Assembly: GCA_038227875.1 (NCBI GenBank)
Contig: JBBRPR010000003.1
Coordinates: forward strand, 128,001-192,000
Reading direction: 5' to 3'
Source of the DNA: Planctomycetota bacterium
GTDB lineage: Bacteria > Planctomycetota > SZUA-567 > H5-PLA8
Length of the DNA stretch: 64,000 nucleotides
This document shows, piece by piece, positions 53,807 through 63,739 of this stretch (positions are counted from its first letter, which is position 1; the number at the start of each line of letters is the position of its first letter). A program made the translations under genes and the position numbers. Under the pieces are notes generated by a model. The model saw nothing but the letters and a program-made list of their open reading frames with translations. It did not search any database and was not told the DNA's origin.

Positions 53807-54097
53807 TTACTTGTTCGGCACAACCTTCATCACGCCGTTCGTATTGAAGTACACGCGACCTTCCGGGTACTCCCACGCGTAGATGCCGCTGTCCATGCCC
53901 TGCAGGCCTTCTTCGTAGATTGGCGTGTAGTGCGAGCCCATGATGCGCAGGACGTCGTTGTTGCCCATGCCCTTGCGGATCTGGCCCATGTCGTGAAACA
54001 TGTTCGGGCCGGTCAGCGACGGCACATCCGGGCGCGCACAGCCAGTGGCGGCTCCGCAAAACAACGCGAGGAGACACAGGGAAATCATTCTGCGCAC
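53807..54097 (-). CDS. Small lipoprotein, SmpA/BamE-like
   Basis: AGGAGG RBS; lipobox-like ATGC; IRKGMGNNDVLRIMG...WEY. Confidence 0.65.
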   Translation of the reverse strand: MRRMISLCLLALFCGAATGCARPDVPSLTGPNMFHDMGQIRKGMGNNDVLRIMGSHYTPIYEEGLQGMDSGIYAWEYPEGRVYFNTNGVMKVVPNK

Positions 54098-54162
54098 AAT
54101 CCACCTCCTGAAAAACACCGTCGAATCTGAACTCGCATTAACTGTGACGCGGAAGGAATAGA

Positions 54163-54606
54163 TTATTCCTTTTTGTCCTTCGCGTCCAGTTCTTCATCGT
54201 CATCTTCGTCCGCATCGACGGGATCGGAAGGATCGGTCGTCGGCGCAGCCACGCCGCCGTCGGAATCCGAGGCGCGGGCTTCCTTGATCTTATTTAAGAC
54301 ACCAAACGAGCGTTCGATCGAATCGTCCAGGGCAATGCTCACCCGCGGCGTCACGCGCGTCTGCATGCGCTTGCCGATGCGCGACTGGATCAGGCCCTTG
54401 GCGTCGTTGAGCGCATGCATGGTCCGCGATTTCACGCCGTCTTCGCCCAGCACCGAAACATAAATCGTGCAATACGAGAGATCGTTAGTCAGCTCCACGC
54501 CGGTCACCGTGCAGAAGCCCAGGCGCGGATCCGAGAGATCGTGCAGGATCATCTCCGCCGCCTCTTCGCGAATGGCTTCCCGCAATTTATCATTCCGTAA
54601 CGACAT
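54163..54606 (-). CDS. rbfA: 30S ribosome-binding factor A
   Basis: SDPRLGFCTVTGVELTNDL, IYVS, RVTP, DDSIE; acidic tail. Confidence 0.92.
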   Translation of the reverse strand: MSLRNDKLREAIREEAAEMILHDLSDPRLGFCTVTGVELTNDLSYCTIYVSVLGEDGVKSRTMHALNDAKGLIQSRIGKRMQTRVTPRVSIALDDSIERSFGVLNKIKEARASDSDGGVAAPTTDPSDPVDADEDDDEELDAKDKKE

Positions 54607-54642
54607 CGTTCCACTCCTGTACGTCACATCACGTTCTTTAAC

Positions 54643-54954
54643 TTACGCACGCGGAACCAATTTCACGCGGACGTCGCGCACGTTCAATCCCGCCGCTCGA
54701 AAGCAGTCTATCAGATTATGCTTCTGAAACCCCTCCAGTTCCTGAAAGAGAACGCTGGAGTCCGTTTCAATCGTGACGATGCCCACCTTGACGCTCGCCA
54801 CCGTCGCCCGCCCGGCCCGCTCGCCCAGCTGCTTCTGCAAAGCATCCTGAGCCAACCGCCGCCCCTTGAGCACCGCGGGACGCGGTTTGGCATCCTTGAC
54901 GATTTTTTTGACAAGGTCGCCGAAGTTGAAAGGGTTAACGGAGTCATTGGTCAT
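54643..54954 (-). CDS. dciA: DciA / DUF721 family protein
   Basis: FGDLVKKI..., LGE..RATVASVKVGIVTIETDSSVLFQEL pattern; directly downstream of dnaN. Start at 54954 or 54975. Confidence 0.7.
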   Translation of the reverse strand: MTNDSVNPFNFGDLVKKIVKDAKPRPAVLKGRRLAQDALQKQLGERAGRATVASVKVGIVTIETDSSVLFQELEGFQKHNLIDCFRAAGLNVRDVRVKLVPRA

Positions 54955-55128
54955 TGGGGATTGGTCATCGGTCATTTTTCATTTAACAGCGCTTCGCCCT
55001 AGGCACATTGTCGTTCTAATAATGCGCTCTTGGTTCAAGACAGTCCACCAAAAACAGACGCTTCGCATAAAGCGAAGCGCTGTTAAATGACCCATGAAAA
55101 ATGACCGATGCCCAATGACCAATGACTC
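54941..55128. repeat. GGTCATT/AATGACC heptamer long inverted repeat between dnaN and dciA
   Basis: Arms of about 57 nt: gagtcattggtcattgg..catttaacagcgcttcgc / gcgaagcgctgttaaatg..ccaatgaccaatgactc. Confidence 0.85.
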
Positions 55129-55132
55129 TGTT

Positions 55133-56242
55133 CTAGTTACTCGGGTTCGCCGGCATGATCACATACAAAAATTCCTGCCCCTCGCGCAGCACGCCAGGCC
55201 GGGTCGCGTCTTTCAGTTCCACGCGGACGGTATCCGACGTCAGCACTTTCAGCGCATCCTGCAGCAGCTGCGGATTGAAGCCGACGGTCAGCGATTCGCC
55301 GTTGTATTCGGCTTCCAGCGTCACTGAGGCATGGCCCTTGTCCGGCGAACGCGCTTCGACCAGACACGTGCCGGGCGAGAACGTCAGCGAGACGATGCGG
55401 GTTTCGTCGCTGGTGAGGAACACGGCCTTGCGCAGCGCCTGGAGCAACGCGTCGCGCTTGAACGTGATTTCCTTGTCGGCGTCCTTCGGAATCACCTGCT
55501 GGTACTTTGGGAAAATGCCTTCGACCACCAGGCTCGAGAGCGTCACTGCGCTGCCGCAGACCAGCACAGAGCGCCCGCGGACGGCGATCTGCAGATCTTC
55601 GCCGCTGGGGACGTTGTCGCAGAGCTTCCGGATTTCCGACATCATCTTGATCGGAACGATGACGCCTTCTTCCAGTCCGCCGGCTCCCTTGAGCTTCTTC
55701 TTTGCATAAGCCAGGCGGCGGCCATCGGTGGCGACCACTTCAAGTACCTTGTCTTTGCACTGAATGAACACACCGTTGATCGCGTAACGACCCTGCTCGC
55801 GCGCGGCGGCGTAAATCGTGCGGTCGATCATCTTGGCCATTTCGGCCGCGGGGATCGAGAGCGTCGGGCCTTCGCCCATGCTTGGGACTTCCGGAAAATC
55901 TGACGACTCCTGGCCGAGTAATTCGAAGCGATCGCGGCCGACCGTAAGCAGACCCTTGGGTCCGGTGGTCTCCAGCGTCACGACGTCCTCGGTGCACTCT
56001 TTGAGTAGACCGGCGAGCGTGATACAGGGGAGGCACAGCGAAACGGGAGATTCCAGCGACTCGGCTTTCAGTCGATAACGCAGGCCGACTTCCATGTCGG
56101 TCGCCTGGATTTCGAGGTTGCCTTCGGCATCGCCGACCAGCAACGCGTTCTTCAAGCTCGGGCGCGCTCCGCGCAAAGGAACCACCGCGGCGGCTGCCGA
56201 CAGCGCTGCTGTAAAGGGTTCTCGCTTGACGACGACCTTCAT
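55133..56242 (-). CDS. dnaN: DNA polymerase III subunit beta (sliding clamp)
   Basis: ATDMEVG, RYAINGV, VATDGRRLA, VIVP, EGIFPKY..VIP, GFNP, YVIMP; GGGAGG RBS. Confidence 0.95.
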   Translation of the reverse strand: MKVVVKREPFTAALSAAAAVVPLRGARPSLKNALLVGDAEGNLEIQATDMEVGLRYRLKAESLESPVSLCLPCITLAGLLKECTEDVVTLETTGPKGLLTVGRDRFELLGQESSDFPEVPSMGEGPTLSIPAAEMAKMIDRTIYAAAREQGRYAINGVFIQCKDKVLEVVATDGRRLAYAKKKLKGAGGLEEGVIVPIKMMSEIRKLCDNVPSGEDLQIAVRGRSVLVCGSAVTLSSLVVEGIFPKYQQVIPKDADKEITFKRDALLQALRKAVFLTSDETRIVSLTFSPGTCLVEARSPDKGHASVTLEAEYNGESLTVGFNPQLLQDALKVLTSDTVRVELKDATRPGVLREGQEFLYVIMPANPSN

Positions 56243-56294
56243 TTCTGACCTCCCATTATTAAATCTCTTCACCACCGTATGTTGGCGTCAAAGC

Positions 56295-56609
56295 TGTGAA
56301 CAACTTTATCTGGCGAGCGCTTAACTCTGTATACGACGAAGCTTCCACGCGATACAGCGCAGAACAAAGAGTGTCGATAACCTGTGGAAAATACAGAGTC
56401 AATTGGGAAAAGACAACAACCGCCTCGCGCCGAGAAACCACCAGCATTGGGGTCGCAAAAAGCAGCTCGCCGCGATAGCTGGGGCCAAGCAGGGAAATGA
56501 TAGGGAGTTTCCGTGACGCCACGATGTGCCTGGCAGTTGTGGGTGTCAGTGGAGAACCGGGAAGAGTAACCGACGGCCATTTCGGCGCCCCAGCCGTATG
56601 TTTTCCACT
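56295..56609. promoter_or_regulatory. DnaA-box cluster upstream of dnaN (candidate oriC or DnaA-regulated promoter)
   Basis: TGTGAACAA 56295, TGTCGATAA 56372, TGTGGAAAA 56383 (perfect TGTGNAWAA), TTTTCCACT 56601. Confidence 0.5.
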
Positions 56610-56923
56610 GTTTCCCCGGCGCGCAAAAACCAGCGCGATCATCAGAGCGGAGATCAATAGAGGTAGAAAAAATGCGGGCATAAGCGTTCTCGAAGATCAA
56701 CATCGGTTGCCTGTCGCGGCGAAAAATAGCACGATCGACGTCGAACTTCCGCCGGGCAGCGCGCGAGTGTAAGTGCTTTTCGGCGTCAGTCAAACACTCC
56801 GATTTCGCATTGGTAAATGGACGTCCGTTTGGAATACTGGCTGCGGCAAGAACGATCCAGAAAATTGGTCACGCGATCTGTCCCGAGCTTCGCATCGGAA
56901 CGGACTGAAAGGCGGAATTTCCC

Positions 56924-58966
56924 ATGATGCAATCCCCACGTTTCACCCGCGGCCTGCTGGCGCTGACGCTGGCCCTATCCGCCTGTGCGATTCCCGCGCG
57001 CTCTTTATTCGCTGAGGACGCCGCCGACGCATACTCCGAAGAAAAGATCAAAGGGTACATCGGTGATCTCGGCAACGAAGACTTCGCCAAGCGCCAGGCC
57101 GCCGAGAAGGAACTGGGCAAGGCCGGCGTCAAAGCGCAGAAGCAGCTTGAAGCCGTCAAGGATTCCACCGACGTTCAGGTCAAGACCACCGCGCAGCACC
57201 TGCTTTCAAAATTGAAATTCGCCGCGCTGCCGCCCGTCGACTACCTGGACCTGTTGCCGGCCAAGAGCGTCGTGGTGTTGCGTGCCGCCAATCTGGCGGG
57301 AACCGTTGAGAACGCAAAGAAGAGCGCCATCGCGCGCATGTTCGATCTGCCTGCGTTCGAACCGTTCAAAAAGAAGTTCAAGGACCAGATGGATAAGAAG
57401 CCCGACGCCGAAAAAATGGTCGACGGCTGGATCAAGCGTTTCAGCGGCCAGTTCGCCGCCGCGATCCTGGAGATCAACCCCCTCGCGCAGGACGTGAAGA
57501 TGGCCGCGATCGCGGAAATTACCGATCCGGATCCGAGCAAAGTCTACGCAGAAATGCTTACTGAAATTCACCTCGAAGGCCAGGCCAGCTCCTACGGTGA
57601 CGTCGACTACATCGAAGGCCCCAACAACCAGGGCGCCGCCGCGCTGCTGGGCAAGCACGTGATCCTGGCCAACAATGTCGGCGCGCTGAAAATGATCGTC
57701 GACGCCTTCACCACGCCGGGAAAGTACAGCACGTCCGACAACTTCGCCAAGGTCAAGCCCTCACTCGGCGCCAAGCCCGAATTGCTGGCCACCGTCGACA
57801 TCGAAAGCCTGATCAAAACGCTCAGCGCCGTTCCGCTACCGTTCTCGATCGACGAAATCCTCTCGACCAGCGGCCTGAAGAATTTGAAGTACGCCGCCTA
57901 CGCCAGCAACATCGCCACCGATAGCTTTGAAGACCGCATCGTCCAGGTCCTCAATGGCCCTCCGACCGGCATGAACGCCGCCTACGTGGCCCCCGCCGGC
58001 ATTGCCCCGCTCAACGCCGCCGCGCTGGCCCCGCAGAACGCCATCGCCATCGCCGCGATCTTCTTCGACGGCGCGAAGTTTCATGCCGGCATGATGGAAT
58101 ACCTCGCCTCGATGCGCAAAATGAAAGAGAACATCCAGAACATGGGCGGCATGCCCCCGGACAACGCCAACGATCCGGAAGCGCAGTTGAAGAAATTCGA
58201 AGAAACCACCGGGCTGAAAGTCGCCGACCTCGCCGCCACGATTAAAGGCGAAGCCGCCATCTGGGTCGTCCCCGCCACGGGTGCCATTCCCGGCGCGCCG
58301 GACATCGGCGGCGTGATCACCTGCGACAGCCCCGAAAAAGCCGCCGTCCTCAGCGACGCCCTGATCAAGATCGCGAACTTTGGCCGCGAGAAGGACAAGT
58401 CCGTCGTCACCGACAACCCCTATAAGAACCGCGTCATCCACCAGGTCGACGTCGCCGCGCTCAACCCCAACACGCCCAAGGAAATTCCCTACGTCCCCGC
58501 GTGGACCGTCGACGCCAACCGCATCTACGTCGGCTCGACGCCCGCCGTGCTGCAAAAGCAGATCTCCAACATCGACACCAAGGCGCCTGGCCTCCTGACC
58601 CAGCAGGACTTCGTCAAAGCGATCGGCACGCTGACCGAAGAGGAACGCAAAGGCTCAATGCTCTATGTCGACGCCAAAACGCTCCTGACGATGGGCGCGA
58701 CAATCGGCCTGCCGCTGCTCCAGGTTCAGAGCAAGGATGAAGTCCTGAAGAAAGCGCTCGCCGCCCTGCCGCCGGCCGCCGACCTCTTCAAAGACATCCC
58801 GCCGCTGATCGGATCCAGCGTGATAAACGGCACCGACTCCAAAGTCCTGCTCCGCGCCCCGGTCCCGCCCATTCCGACCCTGATCACCGCCCTGATCGCC
58901 ATGACCCTCTTCAACAACCGCGAACTGCTGGGCCTGGGCGATATGCTCCCGGACGAGGGGAAGTAA
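56924..58966 (+). CDS. Secreted protein with an N-terminal HEAT-like repeat and a DUF3352-like body
   Basis: Signal peptide; IGDLGNEDFAKRQAAEKEL; LLPAKSVVVL, IKGEAAI, MLYVD blocks. Confidence 0.65.
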   Translation: MMQSPRFTRGLLALTLALSACAIPARSLFAEDAADAYSEEKIKGYIGDLGNEDFAKRQAAEKELGKAGVKAQKQLEAVKDSTDVQVKTTAQHLLSKLKFAALPPVDYLDLLPAKSVVVLRAANLAGTVENAKKSAIARMFDLPAFEPFKKKFKDQMDKKPDAEKMVDGWIKRFSGQFAAAILEINPLAQDVKMAAIAEITDPDPSKVYAEMLTEIHLEGQASSYGDVDYIEGPNNQGAAALLGKHVILANNVGALKMIVDAFTTPGKYSTSDNFAKVKPSLGAKPELLATVDIESLIKTLSAVPLPFSIDEILSTSGLKNLKYAAYASNIATDSFEDRIVQVLNGPPTGMNAAYVAPAGIAPLNAAALAPQNAIAIAAIFFDGAKFHAGMMEYLASMRKMKENIQNMGGMPPDNANDPEAQLKKFEETTGLKVADLAATIKGEAAIWVVPATGAIPGAPDIGGVITCDSPEKAAVLSDALIKIANFGREKDKSVVTDNPYKNRVIHQVDVAALNPNTPKEIPYVPAWTVDANRIYVGSTPAVLQKQISNIDTKAPGLLTQQDFVKAIGTLTEEERKGSMLYVDAKTLLTMGATIGLPLLQVQSKDEVLKKALAALPPAADLFKDIPPLIGSSVINGTDSKVLLRAPVPPIPTLITALIAMTLFNNRELLGLGDMLPDEGK

Positions 58967-59080
58967 AGAAAAACGGGGTTCGCCGAAGCGGATTCGCGGC
59001 GAATCCCGACTCCCGAATTCCCATTCCCGCTGTTGCCGTAGCTGTTCTTTGCGTCGTTGCGTCTTTGCGAGAGATTAGAA

Positions 59081-59368
59081 ATGGGACGCTTGGTGATCCG
59101 CCCGGGCCTCTACAACGGTGACGTCCCGCCGACCAAGAGCGTCCTGCTGGTCCTGATGGAACAGCGCTACCCCATCCATTTCTCCTGCCGGCGCGGCTTG
59201 TGCGGGCAGGATCTGATCCGCATCATCAGCGGTTGGGAATTCCTGAATCCCATCGGGGATCTGGAAGACGGCACGCTGACTCTGCTCCGCGCCAAGGATT
59301 CCCCCATGCGCATGGCCTGTTGTGCTAAAGTGATCGGCGAAGGGGAAGTGGTCGTCGAAGTGGTCTAA
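59081..59368 (+). CDS. 2Fe-2S ferredoxin-like protein
   Basis: IHFSCRRGLCGQD..I..G...RMACC. Confidence 0.75.
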   Translation: MGRLVIRPGLYNGDVPPTKSVLLVLMEQRYPIHFSCRRGLCGQDLIRIISGWEFLNPIGDLEDGTLTLLRAKDSPMRMACCAKVIGEGEVVVEVV

Positions 59369-59386
59369 CTAGAGGGAGATTCAATC

Positions 59387-60334
<948 letters not shown>

Positions 60335-60368
60335 AACAGAGTCATCGGTCAATCCGGGAGCCGCATAC

Positions 60369-61169
60369 ATGTCTCAGTTCCGCCTGATGTCCTTCAATCT
60401 TCGCGGTTCGTTCCTCAAGCACGATGGCGAGAATATCTGGGAGAAGCGGGCGGAGCTGAACATCGAAACCGTGCGCCACGCCGCGGCGCACCTGATCGCC
60501 TTCCAGGAATTGCAGCTCGGCAATCTGCAGGCGTACGAACGCGCGCTGCCGGAGTACGAATTTCTGCTCGGCCCCAAATACAACAACCACGCGCCGTATT
60601 GCTACCTGTCCGTATTCTGGCGGCCGCAGACGCTCGCCAAAATCGCCAGCGGCGAATTCTGGATCAGCGAAACCCCTGAACGTCATTCCGGCGGGTGGGA
60701 CACGGAATACATCCGCGCTGCGCATTGGGTGCGCTTCCGCACCCAGGCCGGCGGGCACGAATTCGTCTTCATCAACACTCACCTGGACAACACCGGCGAG
60801 CGTGCGCGCAGCGAAGGCGCCCGCATTATCCTGGAACAGCTCCCGAAATTCGCGCCCAGTCCGCTGCCCGTGATCATCGCCGGCGACTTCAACTGCAACC
60901 CCGGCAGCGATCCCTACCAGCGCTTCATAAAAGGCGGATTCGCCGACACGTTCCGCGTCTCCGGACTGCAGGACGGCGAGCAGACGATTACGTTCCACGC
61001 CTTCAAGGGAGCATTTAACGGCCGCGATTCGCGCATCGACTGGATCCTGACGCGCGATGGCACATCGAAAATCAAGCCCACGCAATTTCAGATCGTAACC
61101 ACCGCCAAACCGCCACTCTACCCCAGCGACCACTACCCGATTCACACGGATCTGGAGTGGGTTCAATAG
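60369..61169 (+). CDS. Endonuclease/exonuclease/phosphatase family protein
   Basis: MSFNLR, FQE, FWISETP, NTHLD, AGDFN, RIDWI, PSDHYP. Confidence 0.92.
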   Translation: MSQFRLMSFNLRGSFLKHDGENIWEKRAELNIETVRHAAAHLIAFQELQLGNLQAYERALPEYEFLLGPKYNNHAPYCYLSVFWRPQTLAKIASGEFWISETPERHSGGWDTEYIRAAHWVRFRTQAGGHEFVFINTHLDNTGERARSEGARIILEQLPKFAPSPLPVIIAGDFNCNPGSDPYQRFIKGGFADTFRVSGLQDGEQTITFHAFKGAFNGRDSRIDWILTRDGTSKIKPTQFQIVTTAKPPLYPSDHYPIHTDLEWVQ

Positions 61170-61221
61170 CCCGCAGAGACGTCAGCGTCTCGTGTTTCGC
61201 GGTTCTAATCGTCGTCGCGAT

Positions 61222-62613
61222 CTACGGCTTGTCGGCCTTTTTTTCAATCTGTGAAACGCCCAGATCGTCAATGTAAAAGGTGAGCGGCTGCGCTCGATCG
61301 GTCGTGATCTTCACGCTCTTCAATTCCTTGAACTGCGCCAGTTCGGGCACACTCTTGAATAGGGCTCGATTTCCGGCACCGTTTATGACTTCGCTCACCC
61401 GAGCTTGTTTGCCGCCGTCTCCGTTAAGCTCAAAGTTCAAGGTCATCGGCGCCTTATCGAGTTCGTCGAAATAAACCTGGCAACCGAATAAATTACGATC
61501 GGTATCGACAACGATTGAGTTTCCCGCCGGAGCGGTGTACAGCAGCGAGCCGCCCGGATTCAATTTCACCTCCAAACTGTGCGACCCGAAGCCAGCCCAT
61601 TTGGTGCTCAGCGCAATCGAGCCGTCGCTGACTTTCCAGTACGCCACATCCGCATCCGTTTCCACATCGCCGCCGGGAAGCGCGGGGACGCTGCGCCACG
61701 AACGTTTCGCCCGCCCGCCGGGCGTCGACCCCAGCACGGAAGACAATTCAATCTGCGTGTCGCCGTGAATCCAATTCAGATAGTCCACGACCGACGCCAG
61801 GTAGTACTGCATCGGCGTGTAGAGATCGCCGTCCATATTCGGATACGCCGACGCATCCGCGACGAAGATGCGAATCTGCCCGGCTTTCTCCGCCTCTTCC
61901 AGCGGCTTGAACTCCGCGGGCTCCAGGGCCTGGTCGCTCGGTTGGTCCTGGATCTTGATGCCGCGCCGCGATTGCGCTCCCTCCGGCAGGACCATCTTGA
62001 ACCCCGTCCCGGTCTTCTCATCAAAGCCGTCCGCCTGGAATTTATACCCCGCTCCTTCGACGCTGACGCCCGCTTTCAATTCAATGCCGTACAACGCGAA
62101 CAATTTGATCGTCGCCGCTCTGGCCGCCTCGGTGTCAAAGATGCCCACATAGGAATTGCCGTAGCTGATGGGGATATGCGGATACTTGACGGGGGGATTG
62201 ATGGCCAGTTCGCGATGAAGATTGATGGTGGTCTCCCCACCCCAGTTGCTCTTGCCCGCAGCACCCAGCACCTCCGTGACCAGCTGATCGACCTTGGCTT
62301 TGAACGCCGCATCGCTGTGCGTCGTCGGGTGAGCCGCCAATGGCGCAAGTGGCGCGCGCGACACGCGAGGCGCGTCCGTCGCCGTCGGCGCGGGATCCGT
62401 GGGCGGCGGAACTCCAGGCGTCGGAGGCGGCGTGGTTACCGGCGGTTTCTGGCTCACGCCGCAACCCGTCAGCAGCACCGCGCCCACCAGCAGCGTTTTC
62501 GATGAGAAACGCTTAAATAGGCTGGGCCGCAGTAACTCATGGATCTCCTGCGCTGTCAGCGTCCGCGGATAGCCGGGCACATAGTCAGGCTTTACGGGCG
62601 ATAGCTGGCTCAT
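61222..62613 (-). CDS. Radical SAM-associated putative lipoprotein with extended N-terminal leader and C-terminal CBM-like jelly-roll
   Basis: GGAGG RBS inside the upstream gene; MSQLSPVKPDYVPGYPR leader; lipobox LLTG-C at Cys51; Pro-rich linker; C-terminal GSHSLEV..FYIDDL. Confidence 0.75.
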   Translation of the reverse strand: MSQLSPVKPDYVPGYPRTLTAQEIHELLRPSLFKRFSSKTLLVGAVLLTGCGVSQKPPVTTPPPTPGVPPPTDPAPTATDAPRVSRAPLAPLAAHPTTHSDAAFKAKVDQLVTEVLGAAGKSNWGGETTINLHRELAINPPVKYPHIPISYGNSYVGIFDTEAARAATIKLFALYGIELKAGVSVEGAGYKFQADGFDEKTGTGFKMVLPEGAQSRRGIKIQDQPSDQALEPAEFKPLEEAEKAGQIRIFVADASAYPNMDGDLYTPMQYYLASVVDYLNWIHGDTQIELSSVLGSTPGGRAKRSWRSVPALPGGDVETDADVAYWKVSDGSIALSTKWAGFGSHSLEVKLNPGGSLLYTAPAGNSIVVDTDRNLFGCQVYFDELDKAPMTLNFELNGDGGKQARVSEVINGAGNRALFKSVPELAQFKELKSVKITTDRAQPLTFYIDDLGVSQIEKKADKP

Positions 62614-63739
62614 GTTCTGCCTCCAGAGATTCGATCAGTTTCTCGACGCTCGATAACATGTTGAAACTCGCGCTGTATTGCCGCAGCAGAAACTCCGGCG
62701 TCTTTTCCGTGTAGAGCGCCGCGGCCACCGCATCGATGATGAACAGCGTCTGCTGTTCGGTCAGGCACAAGCTCTCGGGCGGCTGATTGGCCTTCCCCGT
62801 TGTGCGCAGGTTGACGCAGGCGCAATTGTTGTTGCAGCGCTCGCGCACGCCGCAGCCGCTGCACTCCTCGGGCAGCCCGCCGCGTTCGCTGGCCATGGCG
62901 CGAACGCTCGGCGCATCCAGCCAGCTCGCGGCGCTGCCCAGTGGATGCAGCCGCCGGTAAAAATATTCCACACAGCCATAAAGCGTGCCGTCCGGCCCGA
63001 CCGTCACCTGCGAAATTCCCGGGCAGCAGCGCTGCCAGTCCTTGGGGCGCGTGTGCTGGGATATGCGTGAGTCAAACGGTTCAAAATGGAAATGCTCCCG
63101 CTGCCGCAGCAGCTGCCGGTAAAATTGAGCGATCACTGCATACTGCTTTCGCAACGCGTCGATGCTCGCCGCATCCCACCGCGCGGTGTAATCCAGCGCG
63201 CTGACGAAAATGCGCGCCCCCTCGTCCCACAGGAATTGCCGCGACTGCGCAAACCAGCGCGCGTTCTGCGGCGTGACCACGGAATACACACCAAAGGGCC
63301 GTCGCGCCGCCACCAGCCGCCGCAACGCCGCCAGCGCCGCTTCGTAACTGCTCGTTCCATCCGGCCGCACGCGTCCGGCATCCTGAGCCTGGCGGATGCC
63401 ATCGAAACTCAACGAAACAAACAAGCCCCACCGTCCCGCTTCCTCAATGATCGCGTCGTCGAGCAGCAATCCATTGGTCGGAACTTTGGCCGTGATCGGA
63501 ATTCCACTTCGCCGCTCCAGCGTGCGGGCATAGCGCAACACCTCGAAGAGCCGCTCCGCGCGCAACAGCGGTTCGCCGCCGAAAAACGTCAGCGAAAGCC
63601 GCTCCGAACTGCGCGACACCGCTGAATTCAACGCCGACATCGCAATCTCCAACGGCATTTCCGTACGGATAAAATCCTTCTGATAGCAATAACGGCATCG
63701 CAGATTGCAGTCTTCGGTCATGATCAAGGTTAAGTCCAT
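62585..63739 (-). CDS. Radical SAM/SPASM domain protein
   Basis: CNLRCRYC, FFGGEP, TNG, SFDG; SPASM cysteines CC..GPDGTLYGC..CSGC..CNNNCAC..C. Confidence 0.92.
   Translation of the reverse strand: MDLTLIMTEDCNLRCRYCYQKDFIRTEMPLEIAMSALNSAVSRSSERLSLTFFGGEPLLRAERLFEVLRYARTLERRSGIPITAKVPTNGLLLDDAIIEEAGRWGLFVSLSFDGIRQAQDAGRVRPDGTSSYEAALAALRRLVAARRPFGVYSVVTPQNARWFAQSRQFLWDEGARIFVSALDYTARWDAASIDALRKQYAVIAQFYRQLLRQREHFHFEPFDSRISQHTRPKDWQRCCPGISQVTVGPDGTLYGCVEYFYRRLHPLGSAASWLDAPSVRAMASERGGLPEECSGCGVRERCNNNCACVNLRTTGKANQPPESLCLTEQQTLFIIDAVAAALYTEKTPEFLLRQYSASFNMLSSVEKLIESLEAEHEPAIARKA

Noticed and set aside
56259..56793. ORFs upstream of dnaN (140 and 174 aa)
   Set aside because: Atypical codon use, no motifs and no DnaA similarity. 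The region is better explained as non-coding.
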